Assembly: GCA_963703345.1 (NCBI GenBank)
Contig: OY969814.1
Coordinates: 2,048,001-2,112,000, forward strand
Length of the DNA stretch: 64,000 bases
Direction: 5' to 3'
Origin: an uncultured Chloroflexia bacterium
GTDB taxonomy: Bacteria > Chloroflexota > Dehalococcoidia > DSTF01 > JALHUB01
Made by a program: the position numbers and the translations under genes. How positions within the stretch are numbered: the stretch's first letter is position 1; each line of letters starts with the position of its first letter. Shown here piece by piece: positions 1 to 9,387 of this stretch. Under the pieces are notes generated by a model, which saw only the letters and a program-made list of their open reading frames with translations, made no database searches and was not told the DNA's origin.

Positions 1-1070
1 GCCTCGACGTTGCTGAAGCGGAGGCGCTGCATTATCGACTCGGCTTTTTCGGCGCCGAGGTCGACGTGGCCGAGGAAGCGGATGCGGCCGGTGCGGTCCG
101 GCGCCTTCGTCTCCGGCTTGGCGACGTCGTGGAGAAGGCCAGCCAGCTTGAGGAGAGTGCCCCGCGATCTTCCTTCGACAAGCGCCTCGCGGAAGTGCTC
201 GCGGACGTTCGGCAGCCAGGCCATCTGCTCCCAGAGCTCGCGCCAGAAGGCCCTCTCGCGGCCGCCGGCGGGCTCTTCTTCGGCCAGCATGAAATCGAGG
301 GCGACCACGGTCTGGAGCAGGTGGTCGAAGACGTCCCAGTAGTGCTCCTTCGGCTGGGAGACGCCCCGGCAGGCGGTGACCTCCGGAAGCAGTCGCTCCA
401 GCAGGCCGAGGCCGTCGAGCTGGCGGAGGGAGCCGCCGGAATCGCGCGTGGCCAGGATGCGGGCGATCTCGTCGCGTTTGCGTTCCGGTGCGACGGGATC
501 GAGGCAAGCAGCGTCGCGGCGGACGAGCACGGCGGTGGCGTCGTCGAGGAAGAAGCCTAGCTCGGCGCAGAGGCGGACGGCCCTAAGGAGGCGCAGCCCG
601 TCGGCGCGGAAGACGCCTTCGCCCCGGGCGCGGACGAGCCTCCGGCGAAGGTCGTCGGCGCCGGCGCAGGGGTCGATGAGCGGCTGCGGCGAGCGACAGG
701 TCGCGGCGGCCAGCGGCAGGGCCGTGGCGTTGATGGTGAAGTCGCGGGCGGCGAGGTCCGACTCGATGTCGCCGCGGAGTCGCGTTATGTCGACGTAGCC
801 TACCGCGGCGTCTTCCGGCAGGACGACGCGCATGATGCCGCGCTCTTCGTCGAGAGGGAAGGCGTGGCCGCCTGCGGCTTCGGCGGCAAGCTGCGCCAGC
901 AAGGCGGGATCGCCGGCGAGGGCGATGTCGACGTCGCGGACGGGGCGGTCGAGCAGGAGGTCGCGGAGGAAGCCGCCGGTGATGTAGCCGTCGGCGTCGT
1001 GCTGGAGCCAGACGCGTCGCAGGTCGGAGAGGAGACGGCGAACGGGAGCGGGAAGTGATACGCGCGGCAA
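1..1070 (-). CDS. CCA tRNA nucleotidyltransferase / poly(A) polymerase family with HD domain (3' end runs off window)
   Basis: Manual minus-strand translation gives YITGGFLRDLLL..DVDI, DLAARDFTINA, DGLRLLRAVR, ERKRDE and LLHDVAKP; TTG start at 1070 preceded by AGGAGG. Confidence 0.85.
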   Translation of the reverse strand, partial: MPRVSLPAPVRRLLSDLRRVWLQHDADGYITGGFLRDLLLDRPVRDVDIALAGDPALLAQLAAEAAGGHAFPLDEERGIMRVVLPEDAAVGYVDITRLRGDIESDLAARDFTINATALPLAAATCRSPQPLIDPCAGADDLRRRLVRARGEGVFRADGLRLLRAVRLCAELGFFLDDATAVLVRRDAACLDPVAPERKRDEIARILATRDSGGSLRQLDGLGLLERLLPEVTACRGVSQPKEHYWDVFDHLLQTVVALDFMLAEEEPAGGRERAFWRELWEQMAWLPNVREHFREALVEGRSRGTLLKLAGLLHDVAKPETKAPDRTGRIRFLGHVDLGAEKAESIMQRLRFSNVE

Positions 1071-1091
1071 AACGCCTCCTGCGGGCCGGCG

Positions 1092-1592
1092 CTATTCCTC
1101 GGCGACGGCGGCCTCTTCGCGGGCTTCGATGCGCTTTAGCTGGTCGGGGCTGTCCAGGTAGTCGATGTAAAGGATGCCCTCCAGGTGGTCCATCTCATGC
1201 TCGAGGGCCTGGGCGAGCAGGTCGTCGCGGGCCCTGACGCGGAAGGGCCGGCCTTCGCGGTCGAGCGCCTTGACGATGACGGCTTCGGAGCGCGTTATTT
1301 CGGCGGCGTAGCCCGGCACGGAGAGACAGGCCTCTTCGAGGCGTCGCTCGCCGGACCGCTTGACGACGCGCGGGTTGATGAGGACGATGACTTCTTCTTC
1401 GGGTATGCCGATGACGGCGATGCGCAGCGATTGTCCTATCTGGGGCGCCGCCAGGCCGACGCCGTGGGCGTCGTGCATGGTGTCGATCATGTCGTCGATG
1501 AGGCGCTGGACGGAGGCGTCGATCTTGCGGACGGCATGGGTCTTCTGTCGCAGGGCGGGGTCGCCGACAAGTCGGAGTGGCAGGACAGCCAC
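1092..1592 (-). CDS. def: Peptide deformylase
   Basis: GVGLAAPQIG, EACLS and HEMDH motifs. Confidence 0.97.
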   Translation of the reverse strand: MAVLPLRLVGDPALRQKTHAVRKIDASVQRLIDDMIDTMHDAHGVGLAAPQIGQSLRIAVIGIPEEEVIVLINPRVVKRSGERRLEEACLSVPGYAAEITRSEAVIVKALDREGRPFRVRARDDLLAQALEHEMDHLEGILYIDYLDSPDQLKRIEAREEAAVAEE

Positions 1593-1650
1593 GGCTTAAA
1601 GCTCTCCTTCTTGGTCTATACATCCATTGTAGCGGACGTCCGCAAGGACG

Positions 1651-1990
1651 GGAAGCGGCGGGGGTTCGGCGCGACGAGCGAAGCGAGGAGCGCAACGAGA
1701 ACGCGATCAGCGCACGTCTCACTGCCGCTACGAAGGCGACATGGACGATCGACGCAACATGAGGCTTCGTTGCAGGAAGCGACGTGGGTTCGGCCGCGAG
1801 GCTTCGCCTCGCGCAAGGCAAGCCTCCAATTCTGAGCCTGGCGATCCAGAAGCTGAGGGATTCATCCCTCAGAACTGTTTGTCGCCGCAGGAGGAGGTCT
1901 ATTGGGATCGGCGCGACGAGCGAAGCGAGGAGCGCAACGAGAACGCGATCAGCGCGCGCGGTAGCGTCGTCACGAACGCGACTTGGGAGA
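1651..1990 (+). repeat. Intergenic array of three repeat units (~120-bp period); identical 48-bp cores at 1666-1713 and 1908-1955, degenerate unit at ~1775-1826
   Basis: TCGGCGCGACGAGCGAAGCGAGGAGCGCAACGAGAACGCGATCAGCGC occurs twice exactly; 1651-1670 and 1775-1794 match at 18/20. Confidence 0.9.
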
Positions 1991-2017
1991 AGACCGGTCG
2001 CGAAAGGGAGGGGCGGG

Positions 2018-2371
2018 CTACTCGGGTCGAGCCGTCGTCTTCTCTTTGATGCGGGCGGCCTTTCCGGCCAGGCCCCGGAGATAGTACAGCCGGGCCCGTC
2101 GCACTTTGCCTCGTCGCGTGATCTCGATCTTCTCCAGGCGCGGCGAGTAGAGCATGAACGTGCGCTCAATGCCGACGCCGTGCGAGAGGCGGCGAACCGT
2201 GACGTTGGCGCTGGGTCCGCCCCGTCGCGACCGGATCACGACGCCCTGGAAGACCTGCGTGCGCTCGCGGTCTCCTTCGACGACTTTGGCGCTCACCCTG
2301 ACGGTATCGCCGATGCCGTAGGCGGCGACCTCCGGGTTCATCTTGACTTCGACTAGCGAGTTTGCATCCAC
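2018..2371 (-). CDS. rplS: 50S ribosomal protein L19
   Basis: [41 protein letters not shown]. Confidence 0.98.
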   Translation of the reverse strand: MDANSLVEVKMNPEVAAYGIGDTVRVSAKVVEGDRERTQVFQGVVIRSRRGGPSANVTVRRLSHGVGIERTFMLYSPRLEKIEITRRGKVRRARLYYLRGLAGKAARIKEKTTARPE

Positions 2372-2406
2372 CAGGGTTTACTCCGTAGCCCCTAGACTAG
2401 CAGATA

Positions 2407-3144
2407 TCAGTCCTTTTCCGCCAGTGTCTCCGTGGCGAGGCGTCGCTCGGCTTCGCTGAGGGCGACGCGCTCCAGCAGATCAGGGCGACGGCGGCAGGTG
2501 CGCAGGATGCTCTGCTCGCGTCGCCAGGCGGCGATCTGGGCGTGGTTGCCGGAAAGAAGCGGCTCCGGCACCTTCCAGCCGCGAAACTCAGCGGGCCGAG
2601 TGTACTGCGGGTACTCCAGCAGCCCCTGCGCGTGCGACTCCTCGGCCAGCGAGTCCTTCGAGCCGAGGACGCCGGGCAGGCGGCGCACCACAACGTCGAT
2701 AAGCACCATCGCCGGCAGCTCACCGCCGGACAGGACGTAATCGCCGATGCTGATCTCGTCGTCGACCAGGTGCTCGCGCACGCGTTCGTCGACGCCCTCG
2801 TAGTGGCCACAAACAAGGATGAGGCGCCCGCGACGGGCAAACTGATCGCCGACCTGCTGCGTCAGGAGGCAGCCCTGCGGCGTCAGCAGGACGACGTGCG
2901 GGCTCCTCTCGTCCATGGCGGTGACGGCTTCGACGGCGTCGAACAGCGGCTCCGGCTTCATCACCATTCCCGGACCACCGCCGTACGCATAATCGTCTAC
3001 GACATGGTGCTTGTCTTTGCTGTAGTCGCGGATGTTGTGAAGGGCGACTTCGACGCGGCCGCTTTCGATTGCCCGGCCGAGGATGCTTGCCTGCAGGGGG
3101 CCGCTGAACATCTCCGGGAAGAGGGTGAGGACGTCGATGCGCAT
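2407..3144 (-). CDS. trmD: tRNA (guanine37-N1)-methyltransferase
   Basis: [36 protein letters not shown]. Confidence 0.98.
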   Translation of the reverse strand: MRIDVLTLFPEMFSGPLQASILGRAIESGRVEVALHNIRDYSKDKHHVVDDYAYGGGPGMVMKPEPLFDAVEAVTAMDERSPHVVLLTPQGCLLTQQVGDQFARRGRLILVCGHYEGVDERVREHLVDDEISIGDYVLSGGELPAMVLIDVVVRRLPGVLGSKDSLAEESHAQGLLEYPQYTRPAEFRGWKVPEPLLSGNHAQIAAWRREQSILRTCRRRPDLLERVALSEAERRLATETLAEKD

Positions 3145-3299
3145 GGTGGTCGCCTAGACGTGGTCGCCGTAGCGGCCTCTGGCGGTGCGAACGGCGTGCT
3201 CCAAGATGGGTGTCATATTCGAATCCGACCCATGATAGCACAGGCCCCGAGAATCTGAAAGCCGACCGTTCTTTCCCAAAAAACCGGGGGAAATAACCC

Positions 3300-3361
3300 T
3301 TGACAGGAGAAAGGTTTGTGGTAGCATGTGGGGAAGTGTGGGAAGAAGTGGCAGGGAATGG
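3300..3361 (+). promoter_or_regulatory. dcw promoter (TTGACA-N16-TAGCAT) overlapped by MraZ-type GTGG direct repeats
   Basis: GTGG at 3318, 3328, 3338 and 3348 and ATGG at 3358, an exact 10-bp period, directly upstream of mraZ. Confidence 0.85.
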
Positions 3362-3399
3362 CACGCTTGCCTCGCTGGCCCACCAGTCTGGGCGGGAAA

Positions 3400-3831
3400 A
3401 TGGTATTTCGCGGTACTTTCAGGTACAGCTTGGACAATCGGGGAAGGATCCCCATTCCCGCCCGCTTCCGCGCGTCCTTCGGCAACGACGTCGTGCTGGT
3501 AGAGAACCGGGACGGGTGCGTCGAAGTTTTCAGCGCCGCTGCCTACGAGAAGGACGCGGAATTCCTCCTGAACCAACGGCCGACCCGCCGGAAAGTGCGC
3601 CTGCTGTGGCGCGGGTATTTCGGCAACTCCTTCGACGCGGAGATAGACGGACAGGGCCGCATCCTCTTGCCGCCACACCTGCGTCAGCATGGCGACCTCG
3701 ACGGGCAGGTGGTGATCGTAGGATGCGGCGAATACCTGGAGATCTGGAATCCGCAGCGCTGGGCCGCCCAGCAAGAGGAGATAAACGCGCGGTACGACGC
3801 TGACCTGGAGTCGATGGAAGAGCGGCCATGA
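3400..3831 (+). CDS. mraZ: Transcriptional regulator MraZ
   Basis: Two DxxGRIxxP repeats (LDNRGRIPIP, IDGQGRILLP), YLEIW; first gene of dcw cluster. Confidence 0.95.
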   Translation: MVFRGTFRYSLDNRGRIPIPARFRASFGNDVVLVENRDGCVEVFSAAAYEKDAEFLLNQRPTRRKVRLLWRGYFGNSFDAEIDGQGRILLPPHLRQHGDLDGQVVIVGCGEYLEIWNPQRWAAQQEEINARYDADLESMEERP

Positions 3832-4769
3832 CGGTAGTGATGATGACGGCAATACATATTCCTGTGATGGTGCGAGAAGTCCTCGACGGGCTGGCAGTGC
3901 GGCCTGGCGGACGCTACGTCGACGGCACGGTCGGTGAGGGCGGCCACGCGGAGGCGATCCTGGAAGCCGCGTCGCCGGGCGGACGCCTGCTCGGCATCGA
4001 CCGCGACCCGGGCGCGCTGGCGGTGGCGGAAGAGCGGCTGAGCCCTTACGGCCGCAACGCAACGCTCGTGGAGGGCAACTACGTGGAGATGGCGGAGATA
4101 TGCCGTCGCCACGAATTCGCACCTGTCGATGGGATTCTGCTGGACCTGGGCGTCTCGTCGTTCCAGTTGGAGCACGGGAGGCGCGGGTTCAGTTTCAATC
4201 GCGAGGGGCCATTGGACATGCGCTTCAGCCCCACACACACGCTCACCGCGGACGATTTCGTCAACGGGTACCGGGAGGAAGACCTGGCGGACCTGATCTG
4301 GCGTTTCGGAGAGGAACACCGCAGCCGCCGCATCGCCCGCTGCATCGTTGAGCAGCGACCGATCCTCACCACAACTCAGTTGGCCCGAGTCGTCGAGCAG
4401 GCCGTGGGCAAGAGGGGTCAAAGCGTTACCCACCCCGCCACCAGGACGTTCTTAGCCCTTCGAATTGCGGTAAATCAAGAGCTAGCCCACCTAGCTGCCG
4501 CGCTTGAAAAAGTCCACGGTCTGCTCGACGGCTCCGGCTCCCGACTGGCGGTCATCTCCTATCACTCGCTGGAGGACCGCATCGTCAAGGAGTTCATGCG
4601 GAGAGAGGCAAGCGATTGCATCTGTCCGCCGGAAACTCCCGTTTGCACCTGCAATCATCGAGCGACTCTGCGTCTGGTGACCCGAAAGCCGCTGCGGCCT
4701 TCGGACCTTGAAGTGCTGATTAATCCGCGCTCTCGCAGCGCGCGGCTGCGAGTCGCTGAAAAGCTATAG
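3828..4769 (+). CDS. rsmH: 16S rRNA m4C1402 methyltransferase
   Basis: HIPVM, DGTVGEGGH, DLGVSS, GPLDMR, ISYHSLEDRIVK, NPRSRSARLR. Confidence 0.98.
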   Translation: MTVVMMTAIHIPVMVREVLDGLAVRPGGRYVDGTVGEGGHAEAILEAASPGGRLLGIDRDPGALAVAEERLSPYGRNATLVEGNYVEMAEICRRHEFAPVDGILLDLGVSSFQLEHGRRGFSFNREGPLDMRFSPTHTLTADDFVNGYREEDLADLIWRFGEEHRSRRIARCIVEQRPILTTTQLARVVEQAVGKRGQSVTHPATRTFLALRIAVNQELAHLAAALEKVHGLLDGSGSRLAVISYHSLEDRIVKEFMRREASDCICPPETPVCTCNHRATLRLVTRKPLRPSDLEVLINPRSRSARLRVAEKL

Positions 4770-4803
4770 GCAAGGATACTCCGCGGAAGCAGGTCTGACA
4801 AGG

Positions 4804-5241
4804 ATGTCCGCACTCGACCGTCTGATAGCACGACCACTGCCGAGGCCGCTTCCCCGGCTGACGGGCGTCCGGCCGGCGCTGCTCATCGCCTTCCTGGTCG
4901 TCGCCTCCGTGGGGCTCCTACAGGTCTTCCAGATAAGCAACGCGACGACGAACGGCTACACTCTGGAGCAACTGCAGCAGGAGCGCTTCGACAAGCAGGC
5001 AGAGGTGCATACGTTGGAGGCGGAAGTGGCGCTGCTGACGTCGATAGACCGGATCGACCAGGAGGCGCGCGGACGGCTGGGCATGGTGCCGGCGGACAGG
5101 GTTATGACGTTGGAGGTGCACAAGCAGCCGCCGGAGCAACAACTGGTGCCGCTGCGGTTCATTTCCACGAGCAAGACGGCGACGGTCGAGACGCGTTCCT
5201 GGTGGCAGAAGCTTCTCGGCCTCGTGCCTCTCCCGGGTTAG
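4804..5241 (+). CDS. ftsL: FtsL-like cell division protein (single TM plus coiled coil)
   Basis: Lies between rsmH and ftsI; N-terminal TM, heptad region, RIDQEARGRLGMV. Confidence 0.7.
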   Translation: MSALDRLIARPLPRPLPRLTGVRPALLIAFLVVASVGLLQVFQISNATTNGYTLEQLQQERFDKQAEVHTLEAEVALLTSIDRIDQEARGRLGMVPADRVMTLEVHKQPPEQQLVPLRFISTSKTATVETRSWWQKLLGLVPLPG

Positions 5242-5303
5242 ACGTAACGGCCTCTGCCTCGGCTCGGCGGGTCAGAAGGCCAAATCGATAGCTGGAGCCT
5301 GAC

Positions 5304-7034
5304 ATGCCACAACGAATGGCGCGGGTCTCCTGGCGACTCCTCTTGTTGGGGGCCATGTTCTGCGCCCTCAGCGTCTTCATCGTCGCCCGCCTCGCTCAAC
5401 TCCAGATACTCAGCCACGGGCACTACGAAGTGGAGGCGCAGGACGAGCACATGGGCGTCGACAAGGTGTTTCCTCCCCGCGGCGCCATCCTCGACCGGAA
5501 CGGCTATCCCCTTGCGCTTACCCTGGACACATATGATATCTACATAAGTCGTCAAGTATGGCAGGACCAGCAGGTGGCGGCGACCGGGGCGGCGGCGCTT
5601 GCTTCGGCGCTGGGCAAGAAGCCGGAGGATATACGGTCGGCGCTTGGGTCGGAAAGCGAGGGCGACGTGCTCATCGCCGCCGACGTGGGCTACGACGCGG
5701 GGAAGAAGATCATCGAGATGGGCGTGCCCGGCGTGAAGGCGACACCAAGGATCCAGCGCTTCCATCCGGAAGGCGACCTGGCGTCGGCGCTGCTGGGCTT
5801 TGTCGGCCGGGATGAGACGGGGCTCAGCGGCCTGGAGGCTGACCTTCAGGACGAGCTGGGCGGGCAGCCCGGCACGCTCTATTACGAGCGCGACAGCATG
5901 GGCAATCCGATTCCCTTCGGCTACAGCCAGATGACGAAGTCGGAGCCGGCGTCGGACGTTCGGCTGACCATCGACCGCCGCGTCCAGCAGGCGGCGGAGC
6001 AGTCGCTGGACGAGGCGATCCAGAAGAACGACGCGTCGGGCGGGACAATCATTGTCATGGAGCCGAAGACAGGCGCGATTCTAGCAATGGCGAGCCGTCC
6101 CAGCTTCAAGCTGAGCCAGCTCGACCTGTCGAACGACAGCCAGATGGACCTCTACCGGAACCGCGCCGTCACGGACCTCTACGAGCCGGGCTCCGTCATG
6201 AAGCTTGTAACAATGTCGGCGGCGGTGGACCAGGGGCTCGTTACGCCGAATACGACCTACGACGACACCGGCACGGCGTACGTCGGCGGCTACACAATCC
6301 AGAACTGGGACTTCTCGGTCAACGGCACGACGACGATGACGCAGGTGCTGCAGAAAAGCCTCAACACCGGCGCCGTCTGGGTCAGCGGGCTCCTGGGGCC
6401 GGACCGGTTCTACCAGTACATCAGGCAGTTCGGTTTCGGCGCGCCAACCGGCGTCGGCCTGAGCGGCGAAGCGTCCGGCCAGGTGCGCGACAGCGAGTCG
6501 CCGGACTGGACCCAGTCCGACCTGGCGACGAACTCCTTCGGCCAGGGCATAAACGTCACGCCGCTGCAGATGATAACGGCCGTCGCGGCGATCGCCAACG
6601 GCGGCATGCTGATGAAGCCGTACATCGTGCAACAGGTCATCGGGCCCGACGGCGCCAAGACAACCCAGCCCCAGCCGGTGCGGCAGGCGATCTCCGAGCA
6701 GACGGCCAGCACGCTGACGACGATGATGAACGACGTGGTGGAGGGTGTGCCCGGGAACCTGGCGAGGATTCAGGGTTATCACGTAGCGGGGAAGACCGGA
6801 ACCGCCTATATTTCGGTGCCCGGCGGGTACGCGCCCGATAGGGTTATCACCTCCTTCATCGGCTTCGCCCCGGTGAGCGATCCACGGATGATCGTTCTGG
6901 TGAAGATCGATGAGCCGCAGGGAGCGCAACTTGGGGGCACTGTGGCAGCCCCCGTCTTCGCTGAACTGGCCCCGAAAATCCTCAGCTATCTTGGCGTTCC
7001 GCCCAACGCAGACGCGTTGGTGCAGGGCCAGTAG
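5304..7034 (+). CDS. ftsI: Class B penicillin-binding protein (FtsI/PBP2 family)
   Basis: RGAILDRNG, YEPGSVMK (SxxK), SLN (SxN), AGKTGTA (KTG). Confidence 0.93.
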   Translation: MPQRMARVSWRLLLLGAMFCALSVFIVARLAQLQILSHGHYEVEAQDEHMGVDKVFPPRGAILDRNGYPLALTLDTYDIYISRQVWQDQQVAATGAAALASALGKKPEDIRSALGSESEGDVLIAADVGYDAGKKIIEMGVPGVKATPRIQRFHPEGDLASALLGFVGRDETGLSGLEADLQDELGGQPGTLYYERDSMGNPIPFGYSQMTKSEPASDVRLTIDRRVQQAAEQSLDEAIQKNDASGGTIIVMEPKTGAILAMASRPSFKLSQLDLSNDSQMDLYRNRAVTDLYEPGSVMKLVTMSAAVDQGLVTPNTTYDDTGTAYVGGYTIQNWDFSVNGTTTMTQVLQKSLNTGAVWVSGLLGPDRFYQYIRQFGFGAPTGVGLSGEASGQVRDSESPDWTQSDLATNSFGQGINVTPLQMITAVAAIANGGMLMKPYIVQQVIGPDGAKTTQPQPVRQAISEQTASTLTTMMNDVVEGVPGNLARIQGYHVAGKTGTAYISVPGGYAPDRVITSFIGFAPVSDPRMIVLVKIDEPQGAQLGGTVAAPVFAELAPKILSYLGVPPNADALVQGQ

Positions 7035-7048
7035 CGGTTGCATTTGCC

Positions 7049-8410
7049 ATGATCCGAGCGAGCGACCTCAGCGGCAGTCTCGGCTCTCTTCTACTGGACA
7101 CGGTAGGAGAGCCGCCGGCCGGCTTCCGCCGCGCCGTTGTCGACTCACGCGAAGTGAGGCGCGGCGACCTGTTCGTCGCGCTGCCCGGCGAGCATCGGGA
7201 CGGCCATGACTTCGTCGCCGACGCGCTTGACCGCGGGGCGGCGGGCGTCGTGGTACGGCGGGCGCCGCAGGAGCTTCCCGAGAGGACGGTCGCTTACGTC
7301 GTCGAGGACTGCCTGAAGGCGCTGCAGAGGATAGCAGCGGGACATCGGGCAGCGCTGCCGGTGAAAGTCATCGGCGTTACGGGAAGCGTGGGCAAGACGA
7401 CGACGAAGGAGATCGCGGCCTTCGTCCTCGGCAAGCGATACCGGCTGGTGAAGAACGAGGCGAACTATAACAACGAGATCGGCCTGCCGCTGACGCTGCT
7501 GAAGCTGACGCCGCGGCACGAGCGGGCGGTGCTGGAGATGGGAATGTACGCGCCGGGAGAGATCCGCCTTCTCTGCGAGCTGGCGCGGCCGGAGATCGGC
7601 CTGGTGACGAATGTCGGGCCGGTGCACCTGGAGCGAATGGGCAGTATTGAAGCGATAGCGGCGGCGAAGGCTGAGCTGGTGGAGGCGCTGCCTTCGGACG
7701 GCTTCGCGGTGCTCAACGGCGACGACCGGCGCGGGCGGGCGATGGCGAAGAGAACGAAGGCGCGGGTCGTCTATTTCGGCACCTCGGACGGTTGCGACGT
7801 ACGAGGGAGCGATCTGGAGAGCAAGGGGCTGGAGGGCATTTCCTTCACGCTTGAGTATGGCGGCGAGCGTCTGCGCGTGCGGACGAGGCTTCCCGGTCGG
7901 CATCTGCTGCTGAATGCACTGGGCGCGACGGCGGTGGCATTGCTGGACGGGATGAGTTTGGGCGAGGTGGCACAGGCGCTCGCCGCCGCTCGCGTGCCGC
8001 TACGACTGCACGTGCACCGCGGCCGCAACGACTCGACGATCCTCGACGACACGTACAACGCCAGCCCTGCTTCGATGATGGCGGCGCTGGAGCTCCTGGC
8101 TGACCTTCCGGGACGTCGGATAGCGGTTCTGGGGGACATGCGGGAGCTGGGCGCCGAGGAGCAGGAAGGGCACCGGCTCGTTGGGCGGGAGGCGGCGCGC
8201 GTGGCGCAGGTGATCTACGCCGTCGGCGATCTGGGGCATCTCATCGGCGAGGAGGCGAAACGCGCCGGACATCCGGCGGTGAGCCTGTGGCCGTCGAAGG
8301 AGGAGGCAGCGCGACGGCTGGCGTCGGAACTGCGCGTTGGCGACGTCGTGCTGCTGAAGGCGTCGCGGGCGATGGCGCTGGAGACGATCCTGCCGGAGCT
8401 GAAGGGCTGA
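7049..8410 (+). CDS. murF: UDP-MurNAc-tripeptide--D-Ala-D-Ala ligase
   Basis: GVTGSVGKTTTKE, NNEIGLPLT, DDTYNASPASM, LGDMRELG, KASR. Confidence 0.97.
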   Translation: MIRASDLSGSLGSLLLDTVGEPPAGFRRAVVDSREVRRGDLFVALPGEHRDGHDFVADALDRGAAGVVVRRAPQELPERTVAYVVEDCLKALQRIAAGHRAALPVKVIGVTGSVGKTTTKEIAAFVLGKRYRLVKNEANYNNEIGLPLTLLKLTPRHERAVLEMGMYAPGEIRLLCELARPEIGLVTNVGPVHLERMGSIEAIAAAKAELVEALPSDGFAVLNGDDRRGRAMAKRTKARVVYFGTSDGCDVRGSDLESKGLEGISFTLEYGGERLRVRTRLPGRHLLLNALGATAVALLDGMSLGEVAQALAAARVPLRLHVHRGRNDSTILDDTYNASPASMMAALELLADLPGRRIAVLGDMRELGAEEQEGHRLVGREAARVAQVIYAVGDLGHLIGEEAKRAGHPAVSLWPSKEEAARRLASELRVGDVVLLKASRAMALETILPELKG

Positions 8411-8411
8411 C

Positions 8412-9377
8412 ATGGTCTACGCACTCTTCGTCGGGACGGCAGCCTTCCTGGTCTCGATTACTTCCGGGCACTGGGTAGTCAACTATCTGCAGGCGCGCGG
8501 CCTGGGCAAGCAGATATCGGCGGACGCGCCGGCGTCGCATGCGGTGAAGGCCGGCACGCCGACGATGGGCGGCGTTCTCATCTTCGGCACCGTCTTTCTG
8601 ATCACGGCGCCGACGAACCTCTTCGACAAGCGTTCGATCTTCCTGCCCCTGGGGATAATCGTCGCCACCGGCAGTCTGGGGATGATCGACGACTTCTTGA
8701 CGATTGAGGGCCGGGCGATGGGGCGGCCGGGCCTGAACAAACGGTTGAAGACGGGGCTGCTGGTAGCCCTGGGGCTGACGGCGGCGCTGATCCTCTACTT
8801 CGGCCTGGAGGCGCGGAGCATCAACGTCCCGTGGATGGGCAAGCATGAGATAGGGCTGCTGTACATCCCGGTCGCTGTGGGCGTATTCCTGGCTACAACG
8901 AGCGCGGTGGCTGTGACCGACGGGCTGGACGCTCTGGCCGGCGGGACAACCGCGCTGGCGTTTGCCGTGTATGGCGTCATTGCCTTCCTCCAGGACCAGA
9001 CGTTCCTGGCGACGTTCTGCCTGACGGTCGTCGGTGCGACGCTGGGCTTCGTCTGGTACAACGCCCATCCGGCGCGCGTCTTCATGGGAGACACCGGCGC
9101 GCTAGCGCTGGGCTCGACGCTGGCGGTGGTGTCGCTGATGACCGGCTGGTGGCTGATCCTGCCGGTGGTCGGCGTGGTCTTCTTCATGGAAGGCCTGTCA
9201 ACGGCGATCCAGATCGCCTATTTCCGGGTGACCGGTGGCCGGCGAATCTTCAAAATGACGCCTCTGCACCATCATTTCGAGCTTTCGGGCTGGTCGGAGC
9301 CACAAATTGTCACAAGATTCTGGCTAATTGGCATGGCTGGAGGCCTTTTGGGTATAGCGCTAGCCTTGACAGATTAG
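8412..9377 (+). CDS. mraY: Phospho-N-acetylmuramoyl-pentapeptide transferase
   Basis: KAGTPTMGG, DGLDAL, FMGDTG, PLHHHFE; multi-TM. Confidence 0.97.
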   Translation: MVYALFVGTAAFLVSITSGHWVVNYLQARGLGKQISADAPASHAVKAGTPTMGGVLIFGTVFLITAPTNLFDKRSIFLPLGIIVATGSLGMIDDFLTIEGRAMGRPGLNKRLKTGLLVALGLTAALILYFGLEARSINVPWMGKHEIGLLYIPVAVGVFLATTSAVAVTDGLDALAGGTTALAFAVYGVIAFLQDQTFLATFCLTVVGATLGFVWYNAHPARVFMGDTGALALGSTLAVVSLMTGWWLILPVVGVVFFMEGLSTAIQIAYFRVTGGRRIFKMTPLHHHFELSGWSEPQIVTRFWLIGMAGGLLGIALALTD

Positions 9378-9387
9378 CTAAAATGCT

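Noticed and set aside
1651-1990. Possible CRISPR array
   Set aside because: Only 2-3 units with a 48-bp repeat and ~120-bp period; the 'spacers' are homologous to other copies; no cas genes; copies are dispersed
3154-3216. 20-codon ORF upstream of trmD (MTPILEHAVRTARGRYGDHV)
   Set aside because: No SD or recognisable motif; cannot be distinguished from a chance ORF
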